Shown: positions 10,776 to 20,158 of the stretch, in pieces
Layout: each line of letters opens with the position of its first letter
Position numbering within the stretch: position 1 is the stretch's first letter
Origin: Bacillota bacterium
GTDB taxonomy: Bacteria; Bacillota; Sulfobacillia; JAIMAT01
NCBI GenBank assembly: GCA_023511835.1
Contig: JAIMAT010000005.1
Location: 2,049 to 66,048 of the forward strand
Length of the DNA: 64,000 nt
Reading direction: 5' to 3'
Made by a program: the position numbers and the translations under genes
Notes under the pieces: generated by a model
The model's input: the letters and a program-made list of their open reading frames with translations, nothing else
Told to the model about the DNA's origin: nothing
Database searches by the model: none

Positions 10776-12170
10776 TCAGAGCCCCAGCGTCGACTCGACG
10801 CCCACTTCGGGGACTTCCTCGCTCTCGCGGCCCTCCAGGCCCAGGCGCACGTACTTGAGCGTCAGGTGCAGGTCGGCCGCGGCCATCAGGCTGTAGAGCA
10901 GCGTGAAGAGGGCGAGGCTGAGGCCGACGTCCAGCGCGCTGACGGTGGGCGAGACGGCGTCCGCCGTCTTCAGCAACCCCGTCACCACCCAGGGCTGCCG
11001 GCCGATCTCGGTCATCAGCCAGCCGGTGGCGTTGGCCACGTAGGGGAGCGCGATCGCCCAGACCAGGAGGCGCAGGTAGCGCTCCCGCGCCGCCAGGTCG
11101 CGCCCCCGCCAGAGCAGGACCGCCCCGTAGAGGCCGAGGAGCAGCATCAGCGTGCCGGCCAGCACCATCAGCCGGAAGCTCCAGAAGGTGACGCCCACGG
11201 GCGGCACGTAGTCGCCCGGACCGTAGCGCGCCACCGCCTGGGCCTGCAGCTGCTCGATGCCGGGCACGCTGCCGGAGAGGCGACCGTACGCCAGCAGGCT
11301 GAGGGCGTAGGGGATCTGGATCTCGAGGTAGTTCCGCTGGTTGGCGCTGTCCGGGATGGCCACCAGCGTCCAGGGCGCCGGGCTCGGGCTGGTCTGCCAG
11401 AGCGCTTCGGAGGCGGCCATCTTCATGGGCTGGGCGCTGACCAGGTGGACCGCCTGGGCATGGCCCATCACCACCACCAGCAGGCTGAAGACGGCGGCGA
11501 AGAGGACCCCCAGCCGCAGCGAGCGGGCGAAGAGGTCGGGGTGGTGGCGGCGCAGGATCTGGTAGGCGCTGATGCCCGCCATGAAGAAGCCGGCCGTGGC
11601 GTAGGCGCCGAAGACGGTGTGCGGGAACTCCACCCAGAGCTGCGGGTTGCCCAGCAGCGCCAGGAAGTCGGTCATCTCCGCGCGGCCGCCGCGCAGCGCG
11701 TACCCCACCGGCTCCTGCATGAAGGAGTTGGCGGTCAGGATCCAGAAGGCGGAGATCAGCGTGCCCAGCGCCACCAGCCACATGGAGGCGGCGTGGAGCG
11801 ACTTGGAGATCCGGTCCCAGCCGAAGATCCAGACGCCCAGAAAGGTGGACTCCAGGAAGAAGGCGAGCAGCGCCTCCACCGCCAGCGGCGCGCCGAAGAC
11901 GTCGCCGACGAAGCGCGAGTAGCTCGACCAGTTCATCCCGAACTGGAACTCCTGCAGGATCCCCGTGACCACGCCCAGCGCGAAGTTGACCAGGAAGAGC
12001 CGGCCGAAGAATTCGGCCAGCCTCCGGTACGCCTCGTCGCCGCGCCGCACGTAGATCGTCTCCAGGACGGCGATGAGCAGGCTGAGGCCGATGGTCACCG
12101 GCACGAAGAAGAAGTGGAAGACGGTCGTGACGCCGAACTGCCACCGCGCCAGCAACAGGTTGAGAGCCAT
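10776..12170 (-). CDS. cydA: Cytochrome bd ubiquinol oxidase subunit I
   Basis: ARWQF..T..FHFFFVP, GVVTGILQEFQFGMNWS.YS, QPMKMAASE, GRQPW. ATG at 12170 follows GGAGGG. Confidence 0.96.
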   Translation of the reverse strand: MALNLLLARWQFGVTTVFHFFFVPVTIGLSLLIAVLETIYVRRGDEAYRRLAEFFGRLFLVNFALGVVTGILQEFQFGMNWSSYSRFVGDVFGAPLAVEALLAFFLESTFLGVWIFGWDRISKSLHAASMWLVALGTLISAFWILTANSFMQEPVGYALRGGRAEMTDFLALLGNPQLWVEFPHTVFGAYATAGFFMAGISAYQILRRHHPDLFARSLRLGVLFAAVFSLLVVVMGHAQAVHLVSAQPMKMAASEALWQTSPSPAPWTLVAIPDSANQRNYLEIQIPYALSLLAYGRLSGSVPGIEQLQAQAVARYGPGDYVPPVGVTFWSFRLMVLAGTLMLLLGLYGAVLLWRGRDLAARERYLRLLVWAIALPYVANATGWLMTEIGRQPWVVTGLLKTADAVSPTVSALDVGLSLALFTLLYSLMAAADLHLTLKYVRLGLEGRESEEVPEVGVESTLGL

Positions 12171-12234
12171 GTCCCGCCCTCCTTGCGGGGGAGCGCATCC
12201 CGTAGCGAGATGGCGGCGCGGCACTAAAAATGGT

Positions 12235-12248
12235 TTGATCTGAATAAA
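12235..12248. promoter_or_regulatory. FNR/Crp-type box upstream of cydA
   Basis: TTGAT-CTGA-ATAAA, one mismatch from TTGAT-N4-ATCAA, in an AT-rich patch ~65 bp upstream of cydA. Confidence 0.4.
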
Positions 12249-12430
12249 TAGCCCCGCCGCTAGCTAAAGCGTACGGCCCCCCGGGAAGGGCCGGAATCAC
12301 CCAAGCGGGGGATCCGCTAACTATTCGCCAGGAGGATCTCCTTTCGAAGGGGACCGGGCCAAGGGGGCGAGGTGGCCGGCCAGGCCGCCACCCGGTTGGC
12401 CCGGGCGGCGGCCGGCCGGCGGAGCGACTC

Positions 12431-12952
12431 TCAGCGGCGGTGGACGGAAGTCTGCACGGGTACCGGGTTGCGCAGGCACCAGGTGGCCGGGCAGCGCTCC
12501 TCGGCCAGCCTCAGGAGCCGCTCCAGCTCCTCCTGCGGCGCGTCGCTCTCCACCTCCACCTCCCAGCGCAGCGCCTCGATGACCGGCGCGTCACCCAGCC
12601 CGAAGAAGCGCGCGAAGTTGACGTCGGCGGTGGAGCGGACGTGGAGGGCGCCGAGCGTGACACCCTCCAGGGCGGCCACCAACCCGAAGGTGGAGGCGAA
12701 GCAGGCCATCGCCCCGTACATGCAGTACTGGACGGCGCTGGGCGCCAGGCCGCTGCCGCCCATGTGCGGCGGGAAGTCGGCGCGGAGCGTCACCTGCCCG
12801 GCCTTGGGCGTGGCCAGCGTGGCGGCGAACTGCGGCTCCCCCGCCTCGAAGTTCCAGTCGCCCTCGAGGACGACGCTCTGGCGCGTGGAGCCTCCGGCGG
12901 ACGCCTGCTGGATGGTGGCGCGCAGGGCGTCGACGTCCACGTTCTGGAACAC
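12431..12952 (-). CDS. OsmC-family protein
   Basis: DFPPHMGGSGLAPSAVQYCMYGAMAC and EERCPATWCL (two conserved OsmC cysteines). GTG start at 12952 follows AGGAGGGG. Confidence 0.8.
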   Translation of the reverse strand: MFQNVDVDALRATIQQASAGGSTRQSVVLEGDWNFEAGEPQFAATLATPKAGQVTLRADFPPHMGGSGLAPSAVQYCMYGAMACFASTFGLVAALEGVTLGALHVRSTADVNFARFFGLGDAPVIEALRWEVEVESDAPQEELERLLRLAEERCPATWCLRNPVPVQTSVHRR

Positions 12953-13017
12953 CGCGACCCCTCCTGTCCGCGCCGGCCACCCCGGCGCCGCCCCGGGGCG
13001 GTCGGGGCGACCGGCGT

Positions 13018-13039
13018 TATTCAACGATGTTATTGAATA
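13018..13039. promoter_or_regulatory. Perfect 7-bp inverted repeat, probable operator of the ArsR-rhodanese regulator
   Basis: TATTCAA-N8-TTGAATA in the AT-rich divergent intergenic region between OsmC and ArsR-rhodanese. Confidence 0.6.
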
Positions 13040-13086
13040 TAGCAGAAGAGAACGTGGGACAGGGGCGTGAGAGCGTGGAGGGACGC

Positions 13087-13812
13087 GTGCGGCCGGCGGG
13101 CGGCGCCCGCCGACCCGGCCGCGGCGCCGCGGCAGCCGAGGAGCTGGCGCTGGCGGAGGTGGCGCGTTTCGCGCGGGCGCTCGCCCATCCCCAGCGGCTC
13201 CGCCTTCTCGGGCTGCTGGCCCAGGGGGCGAGGACGGTGGAAGCGCTGGCAGGGGCGGCCGGCCTCAGCGTGGCCAACGCCTCCGCGCACCTGGGCGTCC
13301 TCCGCCGCGCGGGCCTGGTCCGCGCCTCCCGGCGCGGCACGTACGTCGAGTACCGGCTCGACGGCGACGACATCCTTAATCTGTGGCTCGGCCTCCAGGA
13401 GGCGGCACGCCGCCGCTCGGAGCGCCTGGTACTGCTCGCGCGCGAGGCGGCTGGCGCCGGAAAGGCCGGCTGGGGGCCGCCGCTGGAGCCGGGCGAACTG
13501 GCCGGCCGGCTCCGGCAGGTGCTGCTCTTCGACCTGCGGCCGGCCGCGGAGTACGCCGCAGGCCACCTGCCCGGGGCCCGTCCGTTGCCGGCGGAGGAGC
13601 TGGCCGAGGGCGGCGACGCGCTGGAAAGGCTGGCGGGGGAGCGGGGCGCGACGGAGGCGGTCGCCTACTGCCGGGGGCCGTATTGCTTCCTGGGGCGGAG
13701 CCTCCTGCCCCATCTCGCGCGCCACTTCCCGCGCGTCCGGCTGCTGGCGGGAGGGTTCGCGCGCTGGAGGGCCGAAGGCTACCCTGTCGAGGGAGGGGCG
13801 GGCGGCACCTGA
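13087..13812 (+). CDS. ArsR-family HTH regulator fused to a C-terminal rhodanese domain
   Basis: ALAHPQRLRLLGLL..SVANASAHLGVLRRAGLV..RRG..V.Y.L, then DLRP..EY.AGHLPGA and the active-site loop AYCRGPYC. Start is approximate (GTG after GGAGGG). Confidence 0.88.
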   Translation: MRPAGGARRPGRGAAAAEELALAEVARFARALAHPQRLRLLGLLAQGARTVEALAGAAGLSVANASAHLGVLRRAGLVRASRRGTYVEYRLDGDDILNLWLGLQEAARRRSERLVLLAREAAGAGKAGWGPPLEPGELAGRLRQVLLFDLRPAAEYAAGHLPGARPLPAEELAEGGDALERLAGERGATEAVAYCRGPYCFLGRSLLPHLARHFPRVRLLAGGFARWRAEGYPVEGGAGGT

Positions 13813-13855
13813 GCTCTGCGGGCGCCGCCCGTCCCGCGGAGGGGGGAACGGCGCG

Positions 13856-15019
13856 GTGTGGGACCTGGAGGCCGTGCGCAGGGAGCTGCCCGCGGTGCAG
13901 CGGTACGTCTACCTCAACACCGGCACGGCCGGCCCGCTGCCGCGCCGGGCGGCGGCGGCGCTGGAGGAGGCGCTGGCCCGGGAGCTCGAGGAGGGCCGGG
14001 CCTGGCCGGACCTCTGGCCCGAGGCGGAGCGGCGGCGCGAGCTCCTGCGCCAGCGGGTGGCCTCGCTCATCGGCGCCCGGCCCGACGAGGTCGCGCTCAC
14101 CCACCATACCAGCGAGGGTCTGAACATCGTCCTCTGGGGGATCGACTGGCGCCCCGGCGACGAGGTGGTGACCACCGACGCCGAGCACGAGGGCGGCCTC
14201 GTCCCGCTCTACCTGCTCCACCGCCGGCGGGGCGTGGGTCTCCGCTTCGCGCACCTCGGCGACGGCTCGGAGGAAGCCGCCCTGGAGGCCGTCCGCCGCG
14301 CGCTGACACCCTCCACCCGGCTCCTTCTCCTCTCCCACGTCAGCTACTCCACCGGCGCCCGCCTGCCGCTGGCCGAGATGGCCGCCCTGGCCCGGGAGCG
14401 GGGCGTGCAGGTGCTGGTCGACGGCGCGCAGTCGGTCGGCGCGCTGCCCGTCGACGTGGCCGCCCTGGGCGTCGACTACTACGCCCTCCCCGGTCAGAAG
14501 TGGCTCCTGGGACCCGAGGGGACGGGGGCGCTCTACGTCCGCGCCGACCGCCTGGAGGAGCTCCAGCCTACCTTCGCCGCCTGGGCCAGCGCCCGCCACG
14601 GCTCCGTCGACCCGCGGGCTCCCGGCTTCGAGCCGGCGCCAGGCGCACGCCGCTTCGAGGTGGGCACCGTCTTCGACCCCGGCCTCGAGGCCTGGCGCGC
14701 CTCGCTGGAGTGGCTGGACTCCCTGGGCTGGCCGGCCGTCTTCGAGCGCGTCGGACGCCTGGCCCGGTACGCGCGGGAGCGGTTGGGCGGGCTCCCCGGG
14801 CTGCGGGTGACGACGCCGGGGAACGCGGCCGGCCTCCTCCACTTCCGCCTGGAGGGCCGCGAGCCGGCCGGCGTGGTGGCGGAGCTGCGCCGCTCGGGCT
14901 TCATGCTGCGCGCGACGCCGCATCCCGAGCAGCTGCGCATCTCCACCGCCTTTTTCAACACCGAGGAGGAGATCGACCGGCTCGCCCGCGCGCTGGAAGA
15001 GCTGCCGCCCTCCGCCTGA
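13856..15019 (+). CDS. Class V PLP aminotransferase (cysteine desulfurase / C-S lyase-like)
   Basis: YLNTGTAG, HTSEGLN, LSHVSY.TG, VDGAQSVG, PGQKWLLGPEGTG (PLP lysine). GTG 13856 follows GGAGGGGG. Confidence 0.9.
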   Translation: MWDLEAVRRELPAVQRYVYLNTGTAGPLPRRAAAALEEALARELEEGRAWPDLWPEAERRRELLRQRVASLIGARPDEVALTHHTSEGLNIVLWGIDWRPGDEVVTTDAEHEGGLVPLYLLHRRRGVGLRFAHLGDGSEEAALEAVRRALTPSTRLLLLSHVSYSTGARLPLAEMAALARERGVQVLVDGAQSVGALPVDVAALGVDYYALPGQKWLLGPEGTGALYVRADRLEELQPTFAAWASARHGSVDPRAPGFEPAPGARRFEVGTVFDPGLEAWRASLEWLDSLGWPAVFERVGRLARYARERLGGLPGLRVTTPGNAAGLLHFRLEGREPAGVVAELRRSGFMLRATPHPEQLRISTAFFNTEEEIDRLARALEELPPSA

Positions 15020-15126
15020 GAAGGTTCTCGCCGCCGCGCCCTCCGGACTCCTCCTGAGGCTGTAGGGCCGGGGTCGGGCAGACTTCCTTCCGCAGGCCGA
15101 AGCCAGCTGCAGAGGTGGGATCACCG

Positions 15127-15348
15127 GTGGCACGGCGCGGTGGCCTGATGTCGGACGCCCTCAAGTACGAGCTGGCGCGCGAGCTGGGCGTGGCCGAGGT
15201 GGTGGGGCGCGAGGGATGGGGCTCCGTCTCCTCGCGCAACTGCGGCAACCTGGTCCGCCTGGCCATCGAGCGGGCCGAACGCTCGCTGGCCGGCCAGGCC
15301 GGCGGCCCGCCCGCCGCGCCGACGGGCTCTCCGCTGCCGCGGCGCTGA
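15127..15348 (+). CDS. sspF: Small acid-soluble spore protein, SspF type
   Basis: MARRGGLMSDALKYELARELG...GWGSVSSRNCGNLVRLAIERAE matches the pattern of B. subtilis SspF (MGRRRGVMSDEFKYELAKDLG..GWG....DAGNMVKRAIE.AE). Confidence 0.85.
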   Translation: MARRGGLMSDALKYELARELGVAEVVGREGWGSVSSRNCGNLVRLAIERAERSLAGQAGGPPAAPTGSPLPRR

Positions 15349-15432
15349 GCCGGGGCGGCGGCAGGGGCGGCGGCAGACGGACGGCCCGGGGGACTCCCCC
15401 GGGCCGTCCCCGTCCTCTTGGCGGGCCGGGGC

Positions 15433-16833
<1,401 letters not shown>

Positions 16834-17001
16834 GACCGGTACCCCCTTCCGCTCTCTAGGATTCCTTTCGCCGGCCGGGGCCGGTTTCCCCACCGCCGCG
16901 GCAGGCGGGGGCCGCGGCGGGGCGAATGGCTCCAGTCGGGAGGAAGACCCGCCGGGCGCGGCGCGCCGCCGGCGGGAGCTCCGCCGGAGAGGGTGGCGGG
17001 C

Positions 17002-18009
17002 GTGCGCGTGGTGGTGACGGGAGGGACGGGGCTGATCGGCCGCGCCCTGGCCGGCGAGCTGGCGGCCCGGGGGGAGGAGGTGGTCCTGCTCAGCCGGCGG
17101 CCGGCCGCCGCGGCGGCCGCCGGGCTGCCGCCGGGCGTCCGCCTCCTCCCCTGGCCGGCGCTGCCGCGCGGCGAGCTGGCCCTCCTGCCGGGGCCCCGCG
17201 CCGGCGAGTCGGGGGAGTGGCGCGAGGCGCTGGAAGAGGCCGAGGCGGTCGTCCACCTGGCCGGGGAGTCCATCGCCGCCGGCCGCTGGGACGGGGCGCG
17301 CAAGGCGCGCCTCGTGGAGAGCCGGCTCCTCTCCACGCGGGCGCTGGTGGAGGCGCTGGCGGCGGCGCGGCGGAGACCCGCGGTGCTGGTCAGCGCCTCC
17401 GCGGTCGGCTACTACGGGTCGCGCGGGGAGGAGGAGCTGGCCGAGGAAGCCGGGCCCGGCGACGACTTCCTGGCGCGCCTCTGCGTCGCCTGGGAGCGCG
17501 AGGCGATGGCGGCGGAGGGGCTGGGCCTGCGCGTGGTCCGGCTGCGCACGGGCCTCGTCCTGGCCCGCGAGGGCGGAGCGCTGCCGCGCCTCCTGCTGCC
17601 TCTCCGGCTGGGCCTGGGCGGACCGCTGGGCGGCGGCCGGCAGTGGGTGCCCTGGATCCACCTGGAGGACGAGGTGGGCCTGATCCGCTGGGCGCTGGAG
17701 GAGGAGCGCCTGGCAGGGGCGCTCAACGCCGTCGCGCCGGAACCGGTGCGCGAGGCCGACCTGGCCCGGACGGCCGGCCGCCTCCTCCACCGGCCCGCCT
17801 GGCTGCCCGCCCCGGCGCCGCTCCTCCGCCTGGCACTCGGGGAGATGGCCGACGCCCTCCTCCTGGCCAGCCAGCGGGTGCTGCCTGCGCGGGCCCTGGC
17901 GCTGGGCTACCGTTTCCGCTACCCTCGCCTGGAGGGGGCTCTGGCGTCGCTCCTGGGCGGCGGAGACGGCCGCCCGCCGGCCCGGGAGCGCTACGCCGAG
18001 CCGCCCTAG
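17002..18009 (+). CDS. TIGR01777/YfcH-family NAD-dependent epimerase-like oxidoreductase
   Basis: MRVVVTGGTGLIG, HLAGESI...RW, SASAVGYYG, DFLARLC..WE, GRQW.PWIHLED. Confidence 0.9.
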   Translation: MRVVVTGGTGLIGRALAGELAARGEEVVLLSRRPAAAAAAGLPPGVRLLPWPALPRGELALLPGPRAGESGEWREALEEAEAVVHLAGESIAAGRWDGARKARLVESRLLSTRALVEALAAARRRPAVLVSASAVGYYGSRGEEELAEEAGPGDDFLARLCVAWEREAMAAEGLGLRVVRLRTGLVLAREGGALPRLLLPLRLGLGGPLGGGRQWVPWIHLEDEVGLIRWALEEERLAGALNAVAPEPVREADLARTAGRLLHRPAWLPAPAPLLRLALGEMADALLLASQRVLPARALALGYRFRYPRLEGALASLLGGGDGRPPARERYAEPP

Positions 18010-18083
18010 CGCCGCGCCCCGGGGCGGGGCAGGGGCTTCCTCGTGAGGGACGAGTCTGGAGCGCAAAGGAGCTGGCAGCCGAG

Positions 18084-19124
18084 GTGGCAGAGGAGAGGAG
18101 CCGGGCGCGCGGCCCCGAGGCCGCGCTCCTGGACGGCTACCCGCACATCCCCTGGCGGCGGGACGACGTCAACCTGCGCCGGGAGCGGAACCGCTTCGAG
18201 AGCGGCGAGATCGACGCGGCGGCCCTGGCGGCCGCCTACGACGCCACCGTCCTGCGCGTCCTGCGCGAGCAGGAGGCGGCCGGCCTCGACCCGGTGACCG
18301 ACGGCCAGGTACGCCAGGACGACCTCCTGGAGCCGCTGGTCCGCGACCTGGCCGGGCTGGCGCCGGGCGGCCTTGTGCGGTACTACGACAACAACTTCTA
18401 CTACCGGGCGCCGCGCGTCACCGGCCGCATCGCCCCGCTGGGCATGAGCCTGGCCGGGCAGACGGCCTGGCTGGTGCGGCGCACGGAGCGGCGCGTCAAG
18501 GTGGTGCTGCCCGGGCCGCTGACGGCGACGGCGCTGGTGGAGGACGAGCACTACCACGACCGCGAGCGGCTGCTGGCCGACGTGAGCCGGGCGCTCCACC
18601 TGCTGGCGGCCGCGGCGGTGGAGGCCGGCGCCGCCGTCGTCCAGCTGGACGAGCCCGAGCTGGTCCGCCCGCAGGGCGAGGAGCGCCGGCGGGCGCTGGC
18701 GGACCGGGCCGCCTGGCTGGCCGAGGCGCGCGAGGCGACGCGGCGGGTGACGGAGGGGCTGGGCGTGCGCACCCAGCTGGCCCTCTTCTTCGGCGACGCC
18801 GCCCCGCTTCTGGACGCCCTCGGCGACTGGCCGGTGGACGACGTCCTCTTCGACCTGGCCTCGGGACCGGCGGCGGCCGACCGCCTCGCCGCCGAGGGCT
18901 TCCCCCGCGGCGTCGGCCTGGGCTGCCTGGACGCCCGCCAGCCGCGCCTGGAGAGCGTGGAGGAGATCGAGCGGCTGGTGGAGCGGCTCTCGGCGCGCGT
19001 GGCGCCGGAGCGGATGACGCTGCATCCCAGCGCCAGCCTGGAGTTCCTGCCGGCGGAGAAGGCCCGCGCCAAGCTGCTCCGACTGGGCGAGGCGCTCGCG
19101 GCCATCAGGGGGGACGGGCGATGA
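18084..19124 (+). CDS. Cobalamin-independent methionine synthase family, non-catalytic N-terminal-like barrel (split MetE subunit)
   Basis: EQEAAGLDPVTDGQVRQDD, RYYDNNFYYRAP, K.VLPGPLT, VQLDEP. Lacks the HxC/E/C Zn ligands. ATGA-coupled to the next gene; start uncertain. Confidence 0.8.
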   Translation: MAEERSRARGPEAALLDGYPHIPWRRDDVNLRRERNRFESGEIDAAALAAAYDATVLRVLREQEAAGLDPVTDGQVRQDDLLEPLVRDLAGLAPGGLVRYYDNNFYYRAPRVTGRIAPLGMSLAGQTAWLVRRTERRVKVVLPGPLTATALVEDEHYHDRERLLADVSRALHLLAAAAVEAGAAVVQLDEPELVRPQGEERRRALADRAAWLAEAREATRRVTEGLGVRTQLALFFGDAAPLLDALGDWPVDDVLFDLASGPAAADRLAAEGFPRGVGLGCLDARQPRLESVEEIERLVERLSARVAPERMTLHPSASLEFLPAEKARAKLLRLGEALAAIRGDGR

Positions 19125-20158
19125 CGGGAGAGGTGCGGGAGCCGGGGCGCGCCGGCGCGGCGGGCGTCCGGAAGACGGGCATCCCCCACCGGACGCTGCG
19201 CACCACGGGGGTCGGCAGCCTGCCCAAGCCGCCGGCGCTGCTGGAGGCGCGGGAGCGGGTGCGGCGCGGCGAGCTGGAGCCGGCCGAGCTGCGCCGCCTG
19301 GAGCGCGAGGCGACGGAGGCCTGGATCCGCTTCCAGGAGGAGATCGGCATCGACGTCCCGGTCCACGGCGAGATGGAGCGGGGCGACATGGCCACCTACT
19401 TCGCCGAACTCCTGGAGGGCTTCGCCATCTCGGGCCCGGTCCGCTCCTACGGCAACCGGTACTACAGGAAGCCCATCGTCACCGGGCCGGTGCGGCGCAC
19501 GCGGCCGCTGGTGCTGGAGAGCTGGCGCGAGGCGCAGGCGTTGACCGACCGGCCCGTCAAGGCCATCCTGACCGGCCCGTATACGCTCTGCGACTGGTCC
19601 TTCAACGAGTACTACCCGGACCGTCGCAGCCTGACGCTGGCGCTGGCCGAGGCCCTCCACGAGGAGGTGCTGGATCTCCAGGCGGCCGGCGCCCAGTTCA
19701 TCCAGATCGACGAGCCGGCCATCTCCACCCGCCCGGAGGAGATCGGGCTGGCCATCGAGGCCATGGGCCGCGTGACGGAAGGGCTGAAGGCGCACACCGT
19801 CAGCCACATCTGCTACGGCCACTGGGAGGAGGTGCTGCCGGCGCTGCTCGAGCTGCCGGTGGACCAGCTCGACCTGGAGATGGCCAACGGCGGCTACGCC
19901 CTGCTCGACCTGCTGCGCCGCTACCCCTTCGAGAAGGAGATCGGCCTGGGCGTCATCGACGTCCACAGCCACCGCGTGGAGAGCGTGGAGGAGGTGAAGC
20001 GGGGCATCTACCGCGCCCTGGAGTTCCTTCCTCCCGACCGGGTCTACGTGGATCCGGACTGCGGGCTGAAGACCCGCACCGAGGAGGAGGCGAGGCGGAA
20101 GCTGGAGGTGATGGTCGAGGCCGTCCGGGAGGTGCGCCAGGAGCTGGGGCTGGCATGA
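19121..20158 (+). CDS. metE: Cobalamin-independent methionine synthase, catalytic C-terminal barrel (split MetE subunit)
   Basis: TTGVGSLPKP, DVPVHGEMERGDM, VRSYGNRYYRKP, KAILTGPYT, IQIDEPA, Zn ligands SHICY / LEM / DPDCGLK. Confidence 0.9.
   Translation: MTGEVREPGRAGAAGVRKTGIPHRTLRTTGVGSLPKPPALLEARERVRRGELEPAELRRLEREATEAWIRFQEEIGIDVPVHGEMERGDMATYFAELLEGFAISGPVRSYGNRYYRKPIVTGPVRRTRPLVLESWREAQALTDRPVKAILTGPYTLCDWSFNEYYPDRRSLTLALAEALHEEVLDLQAAGAQFIQIDEPAISTRPEEIGLAIEAMGRVTEGLKAHTVSHICYGHWEEVLPALLELPVDQLDLEMANGGYALLDLLRRYPFEKEIGLGVIDVHSHRVESVEEVKRGIYRALEFLPPDRVYVDPDCGLKTRTEEEARRKLEVMVEAVREVRQELGLA

Noticed and set aside
15019-15127. Sigma-G/F promoter for sspF
   Set aside because: No clear GHATR / CATWHTA pair could be identified by eye.
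18009-18084. Possible SAM (S-box) riboswitch upstream of the met genes
   Set aside because: Too short, and lacks the conserved ATC.AGAG / GAGGGA..GGCCC / GCAACC core; only a small CTCGT/ACGAG hairpin is present.
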